NCBI GenBank assembly: GCA_051294375.1
Contig: CM119271.1
Coordinates: 11,172,341 to 11,236,091, forward strand
Direction: 5' to 3'
Source of the DNA: Paraspadella gotoi
Taxonomy: Eukaryota > Animalia > Chaetognatha
DNA length: 63,751 nt
Shown here: piece by piece, positions 13,765 through 26,321 of the stretch
Position numbering within the stretch: the stretch's first letter is position 1
How the letters are laid out: each line of letters begins with the position of its first letter
Notes under the pieces: generated by a model
What the model was told of the DNA's origin: nothing
The model's input: the letters and a program-made list of their open reading frames with translations, nothing else
Database searches by the model: none
Program-made: the position numbers and the translations under genes

Positions 13765-14725
13765 TGTACGCTGGTGGCGAGCGTCGCCGTAAGAAACGGC
13801 TCAACGTCCGACGATTGGAAATGAAATATCTTTGTTCAAGTTCCCAAATTAGCGATCGGGAGTCGCCGCGACGGATAATTGAAAAAGAAGGAAAAAGGTT
13901 GCCGAGCAATCTGATTTATTCAGATAACGTTTTATTGGAATTTGATAAATTTTAGTGCCTAAGATTATCGAAACGGTTTTAATGTTTGTGCTGCCTCTCT
14001 TACAGACTTAATTACAGAATGCGACGATCAAGGTTTCAAAACACCGTTATTTACCTTTTAACCGAAATTTTAATGTTTATTGATTGTTTACAAACAATTT
14101 AGAAATGCTTTTATATCCTCGCCTATTTTTAACTTTGATAAATAAACAACTTTTGAAACCTCGATCGTCGATATTTGTAAATAAGTCTGAAAGCAGAGCA
14201 ACTTAAACATTATATATTTTATTAATTATTATTATTATTATTATTATTATTATTTTATTATTATTATTATTATTATTATTTGTATCGGCGTGGTGACGTC
14301 GCCGTAGGAAGACCGATCAACGTCCGATGATTAGGAATGAAAATATCTTTGTTCAAGTTTCCCAAATCGCGATCGGGAGTCGCCGACGACGATTAGATGA
14401 AGAAGAGGAAAAAGGGTTGGCCGAGCAATCTGAGTTATTTCAGATAACGTTTGATTTGGGAATTTTGTAAAATTCTTTAGTTCCTCAAAGATTACGACGT
14501 CGAAACGGTTTTAAGACCGTGAGGCGACTTACCTCCGGTCTTCTACAACCGTTTATTTACCTTTTAACCGAAATTTTAATGTTTATTTGAATTGTTTACA
14601 AACATTTTGGAAATGCTTTTATGTCCTCGCCTATTTTTAACTATTTTTAATAAATAAACAACTTTTGAAACCTCGATCGTCGACATTTGTAAAATAAGTC
14701 TGAAAGCAGAGGCAGCGCAAACACA
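13765..14725 (+). repeat. Two tandem copies (13765-14212, 14281-14725) of an unclassified ~440 bp dispersed repeat, separated by (ATT)n
   Basis: Shared caacgtccga...gaaatatctttgttcaagtt...ttttgaaacctcgatcgtcga...aagtctgaaagcaga. Confidence 0.85.
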
Positions 14726-15525
14726 ATATATAATTAACTAATGAAAAACCGAAAACAGAACTAATATTGGAAAAATAATTAAATATGCAAAATGAAAACG
14801 AACAAATTCAAGTTCAACACTACGATGTGTGAATGAGATTGAGAAATTCAATCTCATTTAAGATCATATTAGATAATCATTCCTTACATCAGGCAGCGAG
14901 AAATATAACCGTTCGTCAGGCCGAGAGGGACGGGAAACGACGTCAGAACGTTTAATATATAAGCGTTTTATTATTATTATATTAATTTTAATTTTTATAA
15001 TATTATTTTTAAATTAGATTAATTATTATATTAATGACAGAAAAGCTTTTAAACTTTCAGAAAGTTTCCAACAAATTTCGCGAGAAGCGCTGGAAACTAG
15101 CAGTTTGGAGTAAAGAGGTTTTTTTCGTCCTGGTTCTTAGCTTGTCCCTCGCTCGACCTTCTCATTTCTCAGAAATGCTAAAAAAACGAGGTTTTGTCCA
15201 AACCTCTGCTCTTTCCTCCTTCCCCCCCCCTCCCCGCCCAACGGTCATTCCTGTACCCCCCCCCCACCGAATGCTCCACAGTCAGAGAGTGACCACCTCC
15301 AGGATCTATATAAATATCACCCTTTTCCCTGGTAATATCGCATTGACCCGTTTAGTGAAAGTTTGACCCGGAGCGGAAATCCATCTCTCTCCAACTTCAA
15401 ATCCGTCGACGGGAGAGGAGGAGAGAGAAAGAGAGAAAAGAAGAGAAGAGAAAACATTCATTCTTCTTTCATTCATGATCTTCTCCCCGGCGGGCGGTCA
15501 AGAACTGGGTCCTGTCTTTCTCATC

Positions 15526-15573
<48 letters not shown>

Positions 15574-16834
15574 CTCTCTCCTCCTACGTTAGTCCAGCCT
15601 CTCTTTAATCCACCAACGCGCGAGCTATCATCCCAAACTTCTTTTATCACAACCAATATTCACGTCCAACTTGTCCTTTTTATAAAACGAACAACTCACC
15701 ACTGACAAACCTTGAAATGGTCTCTCACCCATCCTCACTTCATCTCACCGTCTTACCTCCCTCTTCCTTCTTGATCCCTCTTCTTCCTCCCCATCATCCC
15801 CTCCACTTCTTCTTCCTCCTCCTCTTCCTCTTCATCACTCCTCATCCTCTCTGTCTATTCTTCCCCCTTCCTCCTCCTTCCTCTTATTCTTCCTCCTGCT
15901 CTCCCTCTTCTTCATCCACCTCTTCTTTCTTCCTCCGCCTCCTCCTCTTCCTCCTACTTCTCCTTTCTCCTCCTCCGTCCTCTTCCTCCTCCATTCGCTT
16001 TCCTGTTTTTATCATCATGTTTTTTTGTTCGGTCACAAACTCATGACCAACATCGAAATCATCTGTGTCACTATCACACCGAATCACTAGCATCTCTCCG
16101 ATAACCACCATCTGCGTCAATCCCTTCTCATCTTTAACATCTGCGTCACCGTTATCATTTTCGTTTCGGTGGATAAATCTTTTAGCTTATTTTATATAAA
16201 CAAAAATGTAAATAACAAAATAAAACAAATCGCGAACAAAAAAAAACAAAATTCAATGTTAACTAACGACAAGAGCGCCCACCAGCCGCATTCGCCATCT
16301 TCCTCGTTCTCGGTACGTCACACCTGCTTCGCCGCCGCCGCCGCCGCCGCCGCCAGCCAAAGCCGACGCCCACCGCCGGCAGAAAAGACTTTGCCCCTCT
16401 TTCCTTCTCTCTTCGCACCGCTCCCAAATAAAAATTACTACCTACTTTCGGCACACCGACTAATCTCCAAGGGCCCTCCCCTCTAACAGTCATGTGCATG
16501 GATCGACTCTCATCAGTCTCCTATCATTACTCAATACTACTGTGAAGTGCACTAAACTATAAACTTCAAATCTCATAATCTACTACTTCTAATCATTAAA
16601 TACTCTCTCTACTCTCCTCGGTAGGTCGATCTTCTCCTGGGTATGTTTTTATTCAACTTTAAATAGGTATTGAGTACTTACGCTAAGGAAAATAGAAAGA
16701 TGAATAAAAGAAAAAAAACATAGAGAGATAAAAAAGAAGGAAAAAAAACACGGGTAGAGGTTTAAGAGAAAGAAATGAGACCAGAGAGAGAGAAGAAAAA
16801 AAAACCTGGATTCTTTGGGTCTCTTCAACATTGG

Positions 16835-16836
<2 letters not shown>

Positions 16837-16905
<69 letters not shown>
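16837..16905. repeat. Perfect (CGT)n microsatellite (example of many GAC/GTC tracts)
   Basis: Directly visible. Confidence 0.95.
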
Positions 16906-16906
<1 letters not shown>

Positions 16907-18124
16907 CTCTCCATCGCATCATAATCTACTTCCTCCAGATTACATCCTGCGACTTGATCTTAGTTTTTGGTGTCGTCGTCGTCGTCGTCGTCGTCGTCGT
17001 TTTCGTCGTCGATACCAGCGTCTTTAGCAGCTACAATGTCCCCTTTCTGCTCATCAAAATTGTCACGTTTATTGTTGCTATTTTGTTCGCTTACGTCGTT
17101 GCATCGATCTCGTTTCAGAAATCCTTTCTTCCTTGACTTGACATCCTTTTAAACCTTCCCTCGATTCTTTGACTTTGTGATTCTTGTCTTAAACTTCGAC
17201 TTTCTTCTCAATATGTTCTTTTAGTACTTATAGTACTTATACTTATTGTAGCAACAGTCTTTTTTTTCTCCTCAAAGTCATGACAATTTGTCAGTCTTTA
17301 ACTCACTAATCAGTCTGTCGCCAGCATCTCCCAAAGCGGCGTTTACGACATCATCATTGTCATCGTCGTCGTCATGGTTGTCATCATCGTCATCACCTTC
17401 ATAATCATCATCTTCATCTTTAATCATCATCATTATCATCATCATCAATCATCGTCATAATCATCTTCATCTTCATCATTAATCATCATCGTCTATCATC
17501 AATCATCGTCAGCTATCGTCATCATCATCGTCGTCATCTTCATCTATCATCAATCATCTTCGTCATCATCTTCTATCATCAGTTATCATCATCATAATCA
17601 TCATAATCATCATCTGTCATCATCTTCAATCATCATCATCGATCATCGATCATCATCATCATCATCTACCCTCTCTCCTTCCGTCGACGAGACGTTAATT
17701 TCGGCGTCATTTTCTTCGTCGCTATTTTGGTCATCTGTTTGACGGTCGCTACAGATGGGGCAGCGAGAGATGGGGAGAGAGATGGGAGATTGGAGATGGG
17801 ATAATATTGATAAGAGATGGGAAATTGGAGATGTGAAATTGGATGTGGGATAATATTGATAAGAGATGGGAAATTGGAGATGAAAGATTGGAGATGGAAA
17901 ATTGGAGATGGGAGATGGGAAATGGAAGTTTTTGAAGAAATTTAACGACAAATAATTAAAGTTATTATGCTTCGTAAAATTCGTTTTCCGACCAAGTTCC
18001 ATCATCTTTTTGCCAAAAGAATCAAACGAAAACATTAAAAACAAAACAAAACAAATCAAATTTAAATGTCAAACTTTTTTTTATTTTTACGGCTAAATTT
18101 TGTTTTAGCTGTCTTTATTTATAA

Positions 18125-18160
<36 letters not shown>

Positions 18161-18166
18161 CTCTCT

Positions 18167-18216
<50 letters not shown>

Positions 18217-18565
18217 TGACAATCTTATGTTTGCAACAGATTTTCTTTTTAACTAACTTCATTCTCTATAAATTTTTTTTTCCATTCACGAATAAATAAA
18301 GAATGAATTTTTTATTTCAGATAAAAACAAAAGGACTTTCAATTTTCCACCACAAGCGACATCTGTATCCCTTCTTTTCTCGAAACTCTCTCTCGCGACG
18401 AAACAATTCGTCGTAAAGATTTCGTCGCAGAATAATTTTCGTCGCGGAGAATTCGTCGCCAAGTATATTAAAGAGAAAATTACCCTCAGATTATAAAATA
18501 GCGAAAATAAAATTTGAACAATATTAAAATAACTTCAACCTCAAATAAGGAAACGAGGAAGATGA

Positions 18566-18599
<34 letters not shown>

Positions 18600-18718
18600 A
18601 ACGACGACGACGACGATAAAGCGAGGACGATCGCCGTTACGAGAAATGGAGTAGCAGAAACGAAGGAAGCGCAGTCTGTCGTTTGGACTCCAGCCCAGTT
18701 TCCGGCTCGCTCTCTCTG

Positions 18719-18770
<52 letters not shown>

Positions 18771-21001
18771 CTCTCGTCTCTCTCTCTCTCCTTCTCTCTC
18801 ATCCCCCTCTCCTCCTCCACCAAGCGTTCTATATTCATTTGTTTATACCTCATTTTTTTTACCCTTTTGCTTTACCTTGCTCAATCTCTTCTCTCATCTC
18901 ATCTCTCGCTCTCATCTCTTTCCTCTCTCTCTCTCATACTTCTGTCAGTTTGAAAGGCGAGTTCTATTGGCCCCAGCATTCCCCCTCCTTCTTCCTCCTC
19001 CTCCTCCTTCCTCCTCCTCGTTTTTGAATGCCGTCAGCGTCTGAGATTTCGACAGCCAAAAAAAAGAAAAAAAAGAAAAAGAAGAACAGAAGAAAATCCA
19101 AGGAACTAAACCCCAGTGAATTAAAATAGAAAAAAAGCAAATAAAAACAGAAAGCAAATAAAGCAGATTAATAAAAAAAAAAGAGCAAGGCTATCCGTCC
19201 TTCCCAAAGCCACGCCTCACCGAACCCCCCCCCTCCCTTTCCCCCCGAACTCCCATCTGCGCGACAAAAATAATAAAAACCAAAAAAAAAAAAAAGGGAT
19301 TTTTCGGAAATGAATGGCAGGCGAAACGCCAGAGGTCGCGAGAGGAGTCGTCGTCGGATACGGTCGACGCCGGGTGCTGAGCCCCACAACCTCCGCCCCA
19401 TTTCGCTCAAACTGGCGACCGCAAACGTTCAACGAAACAGCCACTCAACGCCCTCTCTCTCTTCTCTCCTCAAAACCGACGCCGCCACCCGCTACGTTCG
19501 ACGCCCGTTCTCGCTAAATCGACGCCGCCGTCGGCGACTTCGTCGACGGTCGACGACGCCGCATTCCTTCCCGCGGCGTCGTCTGGCGATCCGGCCCGTC
19601 CGTTCTCGTTCGCTACGACATCCGGCGTCGCCGCTCCGTCTTCGTCGCTCTTTTGTTGGCGTCGACGACGACGACGACGACGCCGGAAATATTGGGGAGG
19701 AGGCGAAGAGAATTAGATTCGCGGAACAAATGAACACGTCCGGGACAACAACAACAACGTAACACAACAATAGGGCTCCGTGGAATCGGCGTCTTCTCAG
19801 GAGAGTTGGAATAGTAACAGGTGGAGTGAGGAGGAAAGTCTCGTTTGTTAATTCGTTCGTTCGTTTTTCATTCATTCATTTATCGATATTGTTAATTCGT
19901 TCGTTCGTTTTTATATTTTATAAATAACATTCATTTTTGTTAATTTCTTTCATTCATTCGTTGGTTCATTTCTCATATTTATTGTCATCGTTTGTTCGTT
20001 CGTTTTTTTTTTTATAAATAACATTCATTGTTGTTAATTTCTTCGTTCATTTATTCGTTGGTTCATCATTTCTTTCCGTTCGTTGGTTCGTTATTTTTTT
20101 ATCTCTCTCANNNNNNNNNNNNNNNNNNNNNNNNNGGCTTGCGCTTCGCTCGCATCCGGCGGCGTCGCCGCTCGTCTTCGTCGCTCTTTTGTTGGCGTCG
20201 ACGACGACGACGACGACGCCGGAAATATTGGGGAGCGGAGGCGAAGAGAATTAGATTCGCGGAACAAGAAGTGAAACAGAGAGGTCGGCGACAACAGGAC
20301 AGACCAACTTACAACGACACACAAGTAGCGCTCGTGGAATCGGCGTCTATCTCAGGAGAGGTCGTGAGTGATAGTAACAGGTGGAGTGAGGGAGGAAAGT
20401 CGGTTTGTTAAATTCGTTCGTTTACGTTTTCCAGTTCATTCATTGTATTCAGTTTGTGGGTGAATTCGTGTCTGTTCGTTTGTTTTTATTTTATGAAATA
20501 ACATTCATTGTTTGTTGAATTTCTTCTTTCCATTCATTCGTTGGGTTCATTTCTTGCAGTTTATTTGTTCATTCGTTTGTTCGTTCGTTTTTTATTTTAT
20601 AAATAACATTCATTGTTTGTTAATTTCTTCGTTCATTTATTCGTTGGTTCATTCATTTTTTCTTTCGTTCGTTGGTTCGGTTAATTTTTTTATTCATTCA
20701 TTCACCGATTCATTAATTTTTGTTGGTTGTTCGTTCATTAATCATCCTTCAATTATTTATTTGTTTGTTCACTCACTCATTCATTCTTCTCTTGTCTTGC
20801 GTTTGTTTATTTACACTTGTGATGTTGTTTTTTTCTGGAATGAATATTTATCAAACCTTAATCAGAACACGACAACATGCAAACGAGATTGACGAACTCA
20901 ATCTCATTTGAAATAATTCATTCGCTCCCATTTCTTATATTCCGTCCTTATCAAACTTCCTCACTCGACTTACCCAACCCTTCAACTCCCACCCCGACCA
21001 G

Positions 21002-21169
21002 AGCTTCGTCGTCCCCTTGGGCTCCGCCATCCAGATCGAATGCTACAGCCTCAACCCCGCCATCTGGATTCGCCACGCCGACGACGCCTCCGACTCCCGC
21101 GTGTTGGCGTTGGGAGTGCGTCCGATCGACACTGCCGTGGATCTTCTCAAATACGGATTCATGCAGCAG
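21002..21169 (+). CDS. Ig gene exon A: N-terminal half of V-set domain (SFVVPLGSAIQIECYSLNPAIWIRHADDASDSRVLALGVRPIDTAVDLLKYGFMQQ)
   Basis: Acceptor cccaccccgaccAG|, 56 open codons with B-strand Cys and C-strand Trp, donor CAG|GTtggg at phase 0, which joins exon B in frame. Confidence 0.88.
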
Positions 21170-22281
21170 GTTGGGTCGGGTGGGATTTAAGTGGAATGGA
21201 GGTGGTTTAGTGGGGGGGAGGGTGGTTTGTTGGTATAGAGTGGAAGAAGGAAGGGTGGGTGGAGAAATCTGTTGGTTGAGGTGCGTTTGTGAAATGGAAA
21301 TTATGTCTCGAGGTTGGGAAATTAAAAATGAAATGGAAAAAGCTTGGAATGAAACTAAAGGCGTTACTTTTATTAAACATTAATATTAGATATTTGAACT
21401 TAGAAGCTATATTTTTGAACTTTGATCAAGAGGTCAGAAGTCAACTAATACTTGAAATATTAAAACATTTTAACAAGATGTATCTGAGTTGTAAAGCCGC
21501 TGTAAAAAGCTCAAAATAAAATCGTTTGTAAAAGGATAATGATTTTCTCCACAAGATACCAACTTGTAGACATTTTTTAACCTAAGAAACTAAGAAACTA
21601 AGAAACTAAGAAACTTGAAAAAAAATCGAATTTTAACAAAGGAAAAAAAGATTTAAAAAGAAAAAAAAACGGGAAAAGAGATATTTTGGTTTAAAAAAGA
21701 AAAAAAAAACAAAAAGAAAAAAAAAATTTTTTCTTCTTTTCTCGTCATCATTCATCCACATTTAATCTCAATTCGGATCCAAATCATTTTCACCGAATTC
21801 GACATCTTTTTCACATTTGTTCGTTTGTCGCGTCTCTCGCTCTCGCTCTTTCTTAATTTTTTTAAACTTTTTTAACTTTTTTAAAATTTTTCTTCCTTTT
21901 TCCTTTTGTCTCTTGATTTCTCCTTTTTTTATTTTCCGGTAATAACTTATTTCTTTTTCCTTAGCATTTTTTTCTTTAAACATTCCTTCCTTAATTTTTG
22001 NNNNNNNNNNNNNNNNNNNNNNNNNAGAAGACTTATATTTTAATAGAGTATTATCAGTTCTCTTTTTTTTGCTCATTTCTGTTTTGATTTTTAAATTTGG
22101 CCTTCTCTTATTTTGAATTATATATTTTATCAATTCTAGGTTTTTGTCTGATAATTATCTGTTTGATTTCCAAAGTTTTCCTTTCATTGTATTTTTGCTC
22201 CCCAATCTTCATTTTATTTTACAACTTTCTTCCTCATCTCATCTTCTCACCTTCCCCACTTTAAGCTACTTTAAGTCATAT

Positions 22282-22545
22282 TGTGTGCGGATATATTCAC
22301 ACCGCCTCACGTCTGTCATCCTTCAGCCAAAAATCATTGGCTCAGAGGCGGGAACACAACCATCCAGGCGTGTGTTCCATCCACAGTCCTAACGACTGTT
22401 CCCTCTGAGTTGGGCAAAAGCGAGACCGTCCTAGGGTACCGCGCCAGTGACTGGAGGCGGTTCACTGAGGGTCGGAAGCCCCCAAAGCCAACAGGTGAGA
22501 TCCCCATCCCAATGGGCATCACCAGGCAACCCGGCTGTTGCCATA
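22282..22545 (+). mobile_element. Solo LTR of the TRIM-like element with 4-bp ATAT target-site duplication
   Basis: Same sequence as the TRIM LTRs, TG...GCCATA; ATAT at 22278-22281 and 22546-22549. Confidence 0.8.
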
Positions 22546-22868
22546 ATATTTTATTTTCAAAGTCTTACGCTCTCTCGTCTCTCTCTCTCTCTCTCTCCTC
22601 CATTTTTCTCCTACATTTCGCGGTTTTCTTAGAATGAATTTGACATTAGACATCGAATTAAATCATTCTTTGACAAATAACTTTTTTCTCTTTTCCAAGA
22701 AATGACTTTTTTTTTCCCCTTTATTTCTTGAAAAGAGAGAGAGAGAGAGAGAGGACGAGAGAGAGAGAGAGAGAAAAGAGAAAATCTCCCCTTTGCGAAA
22801 ATTATGCATTTTTTATTCTGCGACGTTAAAAGACGAGTCGGAGGAAAGTTTGTTGCCGATTGAAATGT

Positions 22869-22956
<88 letters not shown>

Positions 22957-22959
22957 AGA

Positions 22960-23454
22960 GAGAACAGAGAGAGCGAGGCGGCGGAAACTGGGCTGGAGTC
23001 CAAACGACAGGACTGCGGCTTCGCTTCGTTTCTGCTACTCCATTTTCTCGTAACGGCGATTCGTCTCTCGCTTTATCCTCGTACCGTCGTCGTTGTCGTC
23101 GTGTCGTCGTCGTCGTCGTCCCATGCAATCTTTCTCTCGTTTCCTTATGAGGAATGAAGTTATTTTTAATACTTGTTCAAATTTTATTTTTCGCTATTGC
23201 TATAATCTGAGTATTTCTCTTTAATATAGCTTGGAGACGAATTTCCGCGACGAAAATTATTCTGGCGACGAAATCTTTACGACGAATTGTTTCGACCGCG
23301 CGAGGAGTTTCGAGAAAAAAAGGGATACAGATGTCGCTTGTGGTGGAAAATTGGAGTCCTTTTGTTTTTTAAATCTTGAAATGAATAAAAAATTTATAGA
23401 GATGAAGTTAGTTAAAAGAAAATCTGTTGCACAAAACATAAGATTGTCATTAAA

Positions 23455-23547
<93 letters not shown>

Positions 23548-24939
23548 ATGAGTTATAAATAAAAGACAGCTAAAACAAAATTTAGCCGTAAAAAATAAAA
23601 AAAAAAGTTTGACATTTAAATTTGATTTGTTTTGTTTGTTTTAATGTTTTGTTTGATTCTTTTGGCAAAAAGATGATGGAATTGGTCGGAAACGATTTTT
23701 AACGAAAGCATAATAAACTTTAATTATTTGTCGTTAAATTCTTCATCAAAACTTCCATTTCCCATCTCCCATCTCCAAATTCTCCATCTCCAATCTTTCA
23801 TCTCAATTTCCCATCCTTATCAATATTATCCCCATCCAATTTCAATCTCAATTTCCATCTCTTATTCAATATTATCCCCATCTCCACAATCTCCATCTCT
23901 CTCCCATCTCTCGCTGCCCCCATCTGTAGCGACACGTCAAACAGAGAACAAAATAGCGACGAAGAAAATGACGCCGAAATTAACGCTCCGTCGACGGAAG
24001 GAAGAGGGAGATGATGATGATGATGATGATGATGATGATCGATGATCGATGATGAACTGATTGAAGATGATGACAGATGATGAATTATGAAATGATTATG
24101 AATGATGGATAAACTGAATGATAGAAGATGATGACGAAGATGATTGATGATAAGATGAAGATGACGACGAATGATGATGAAGAAGCTGAACGAGAATGAT
24201 GATAGACGATGAAGATTAATGATGAAGAATGAAGATGATATACGATGATTGGATGATGATGATAAGATATGATATAAAGATGAAGATGATGATTATGAAG
24301 GTGATACGAGAAGATGAAACCATGAACGACGACGACGATGACAAAATGAGATGTCGTAAAAGCGCTTTGGGAGAATGCTGGCGAACAGACTGATGATATG
24401 AGTTTTAAAGGACTGAAAAAAAACCAAAAAAGAATTTTGTTTCAAGTTAGGTGTGTGTGGCGTGCGGCGCTCGAATAGTAGCGCGACGTACCGTTAGCGG
24501 GGCGGACCCATTAGGATGTGTGGGGCGTGTGGGAAAAAAAGAAATGGCGGGCAAAAGAAAGTAGAGAATAAAAAGAGAAAAGGGAACCACTGTTGCTACA
24601 ATACAGTATAAGTACTAAAGTACTAAAGAACATATTGAGTAGAAAGTCGAAGTTTAAGACAAGAATACAAAGTCCAAAGAATCGAGGGAAAGGTTTAAAA
24701 AGGATGTCAAGTCAGAGGAAGAAAGGATTTCTGAACGAGAATCGATGCAACGAACGTTAAGCGAAACAAATAGCAACAAATAAACGTGAACAATTTTGAT
24801 AGAGCAGAAAGGGGAATTTGTAGCTGCTAAAGACGCTGGTATCGACGACGAAAACGACGACGACGACGACGACGACACCAAAAACTAAGATCAAGTCAGC
24901 AGAGTATCTGGAGGAAGTAGATTATGATTGAATGGAGAG

Positions 24940-24983
<44 letters not shown>

Positions 24984-25080
24984 ACGACGAACGACGACGG
25001 CCAATGTTGAAGAAGACCCAAAGAATCCAGGTATTTTTTTTTTCTTCTCTCTCTCTCTCAACTCCCCGGTTTTTTTTCCC
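22960..25080 (-). repeat. Additional inverted, indel-rich copy of ~16780-18720 between the two arms
   Basis: Same ggctggagtccaaacgacag, 45-bp cccatctc repeats, (GAT)n and gacgctggtatcgacgacg blocks. Confidence 0.85.
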
Positions 25081-25342
25081 TTTTATCCCTATCCTTTTTT
25101 ATTTACGCGTTTCTTAGAATGAATTTGACACTAGACATCGAATAAATCACTTCTTTGACAAATAACTTTTTTCTCTTTTCCAAGAAATGACTTTTTTTCT
25201 TCTCTCTCTCTCTCGTCAATCCTCTCTTCTCTCTCTTCTCACATTTCAATCGGCAAACAACTTCCGACTCGTCTTTTTAACCGTCGGCAGAATAAAAATG
25301 CATAATTTTTGCAAAAGGGGAGATTATTCTCATCTCCTCTCT

Positions 25343-25380
<38 letters not shown>

Positions 25381-25525
25381 CTGTTCAGAAAATAAAAAGG
25401 GGATAAAAAAAGTCATTTCCTTGGAAAAGAGGATAAAAAAAGTTATTGTCAAAGAAGTGATTTATTCGATGTCTAGTGTCAAATTCATTCTAAAAACGCG
25501 AATGAGGAGAGAAATGGAGGAGAGA

Positions 25526-25563
<38 letters not shown>

Positions 25564-25604
25564 AGATAGAGAGGAGAGCGTCAAGACTTTTGAAAATAAA
25601 ATAT

Positions 25605-26321
25605 TATGAACAGCCCGGGTTGCCTTGATGCCAGTTGGGATGGGCATCTCACTGTATGGCTTTGGGGCTTCCGACCCTCAAGTGACCGCCTCACACTGGC
25701 GCGGTTACGCGCTAGGACGGTCTCTGCTTTGGCAACGCAGAGGGAAAGTCGTTTAGGACTGTTGATGGAACACTACGCCATGGGGATGGTGTGTTCCCGC
25801 CTGAGGCCAATGGATTGGCTTGAAGGATTGACAAGACGTGAGGCGTGTGAATATACGCCACATGGATCCCTGGGCAAGACATCAACTCAGGTTCCTCAAG
25901 GCCTGAGGGTTCTGACAAGATGTTACCATAGTGGGAGAAGAGAGAGAGAGAAAGAGCGCGAGTTGTGGGGGCATAGGCGTCTTGTGTGCGTAACGGGCAC
26001 GGCTGTCAGGTACGCCTGAGAAGGTTGCGTGTTCGAGTAGTAGGCTCACCACTTATGGCAAACAGCCGGGTTGCCCTGTGATGCCCCATTGGGGATGGGC
26101 ATCCTCACTGTTGGCTTTGGGGGCTTCCGACCCTCAGTTGACGCTCCAGTCACTGGCGCGGTTACCCTAGTGACGGTCCTCACTTTGCCAACGCAGGAGG
26201 AAGCTCGTTAGGACTGTGGAGAACAGCACGGGGCTGGGATGGTGATGTTCCCCTCTCTGAGCCATATGGATTTTTGGCTGGAAGGATACAGACGTGAGGC
26301 GGTGTGAAATATACCGCCACA
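25605..26321 (-). mobile_element. Miniature non-autonomous LTR retrotransposon (TRIM-like; Ty3/gypsy CsRn1-like features)
   Basis: Two direct ~260 bp repeats (26054-26321 and 25605-25862), each TGTGGC...CATA, around a ~190 bp non-coding core. TGG-starting PBS lies 2 nt after the 5' LTR, a short AGGGA purine run precedes the 3' LTR, and ATAT-like flanks are present. Confidence 0.8.
25978..26051 (+). pseudogene. tRNA-Trp-like sequence ending in CCA, antisense within the TRIM core (extended PBS)
   Basis: AGAAGGTTGCGTGTTCGA...TCACCA matches the variable loop, T arm and 3' end of metazoan tRNA-Trp (from recalled consensus). Upstream gtgc-gtaacgg-gcac is D-arm-like; a tcagg/cctga hairpin sits at the anticodon-arm position. 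Confidence 0.6.

Larger units (their letters stand above)
16168..22870 (+). repeat. Left arm of ~6.5 kb inverted duplication
   Basis: Colinear reverse complement of ~25200-31743; differences are mostly indels. Confidence 0.9.

Noticed and set aside
24420-24570. Novel GC-rich insertion within the third duplicate copy
   Set aside because: It replaces sequence that is clean in the other two copies; most likely a low-quality read burst.
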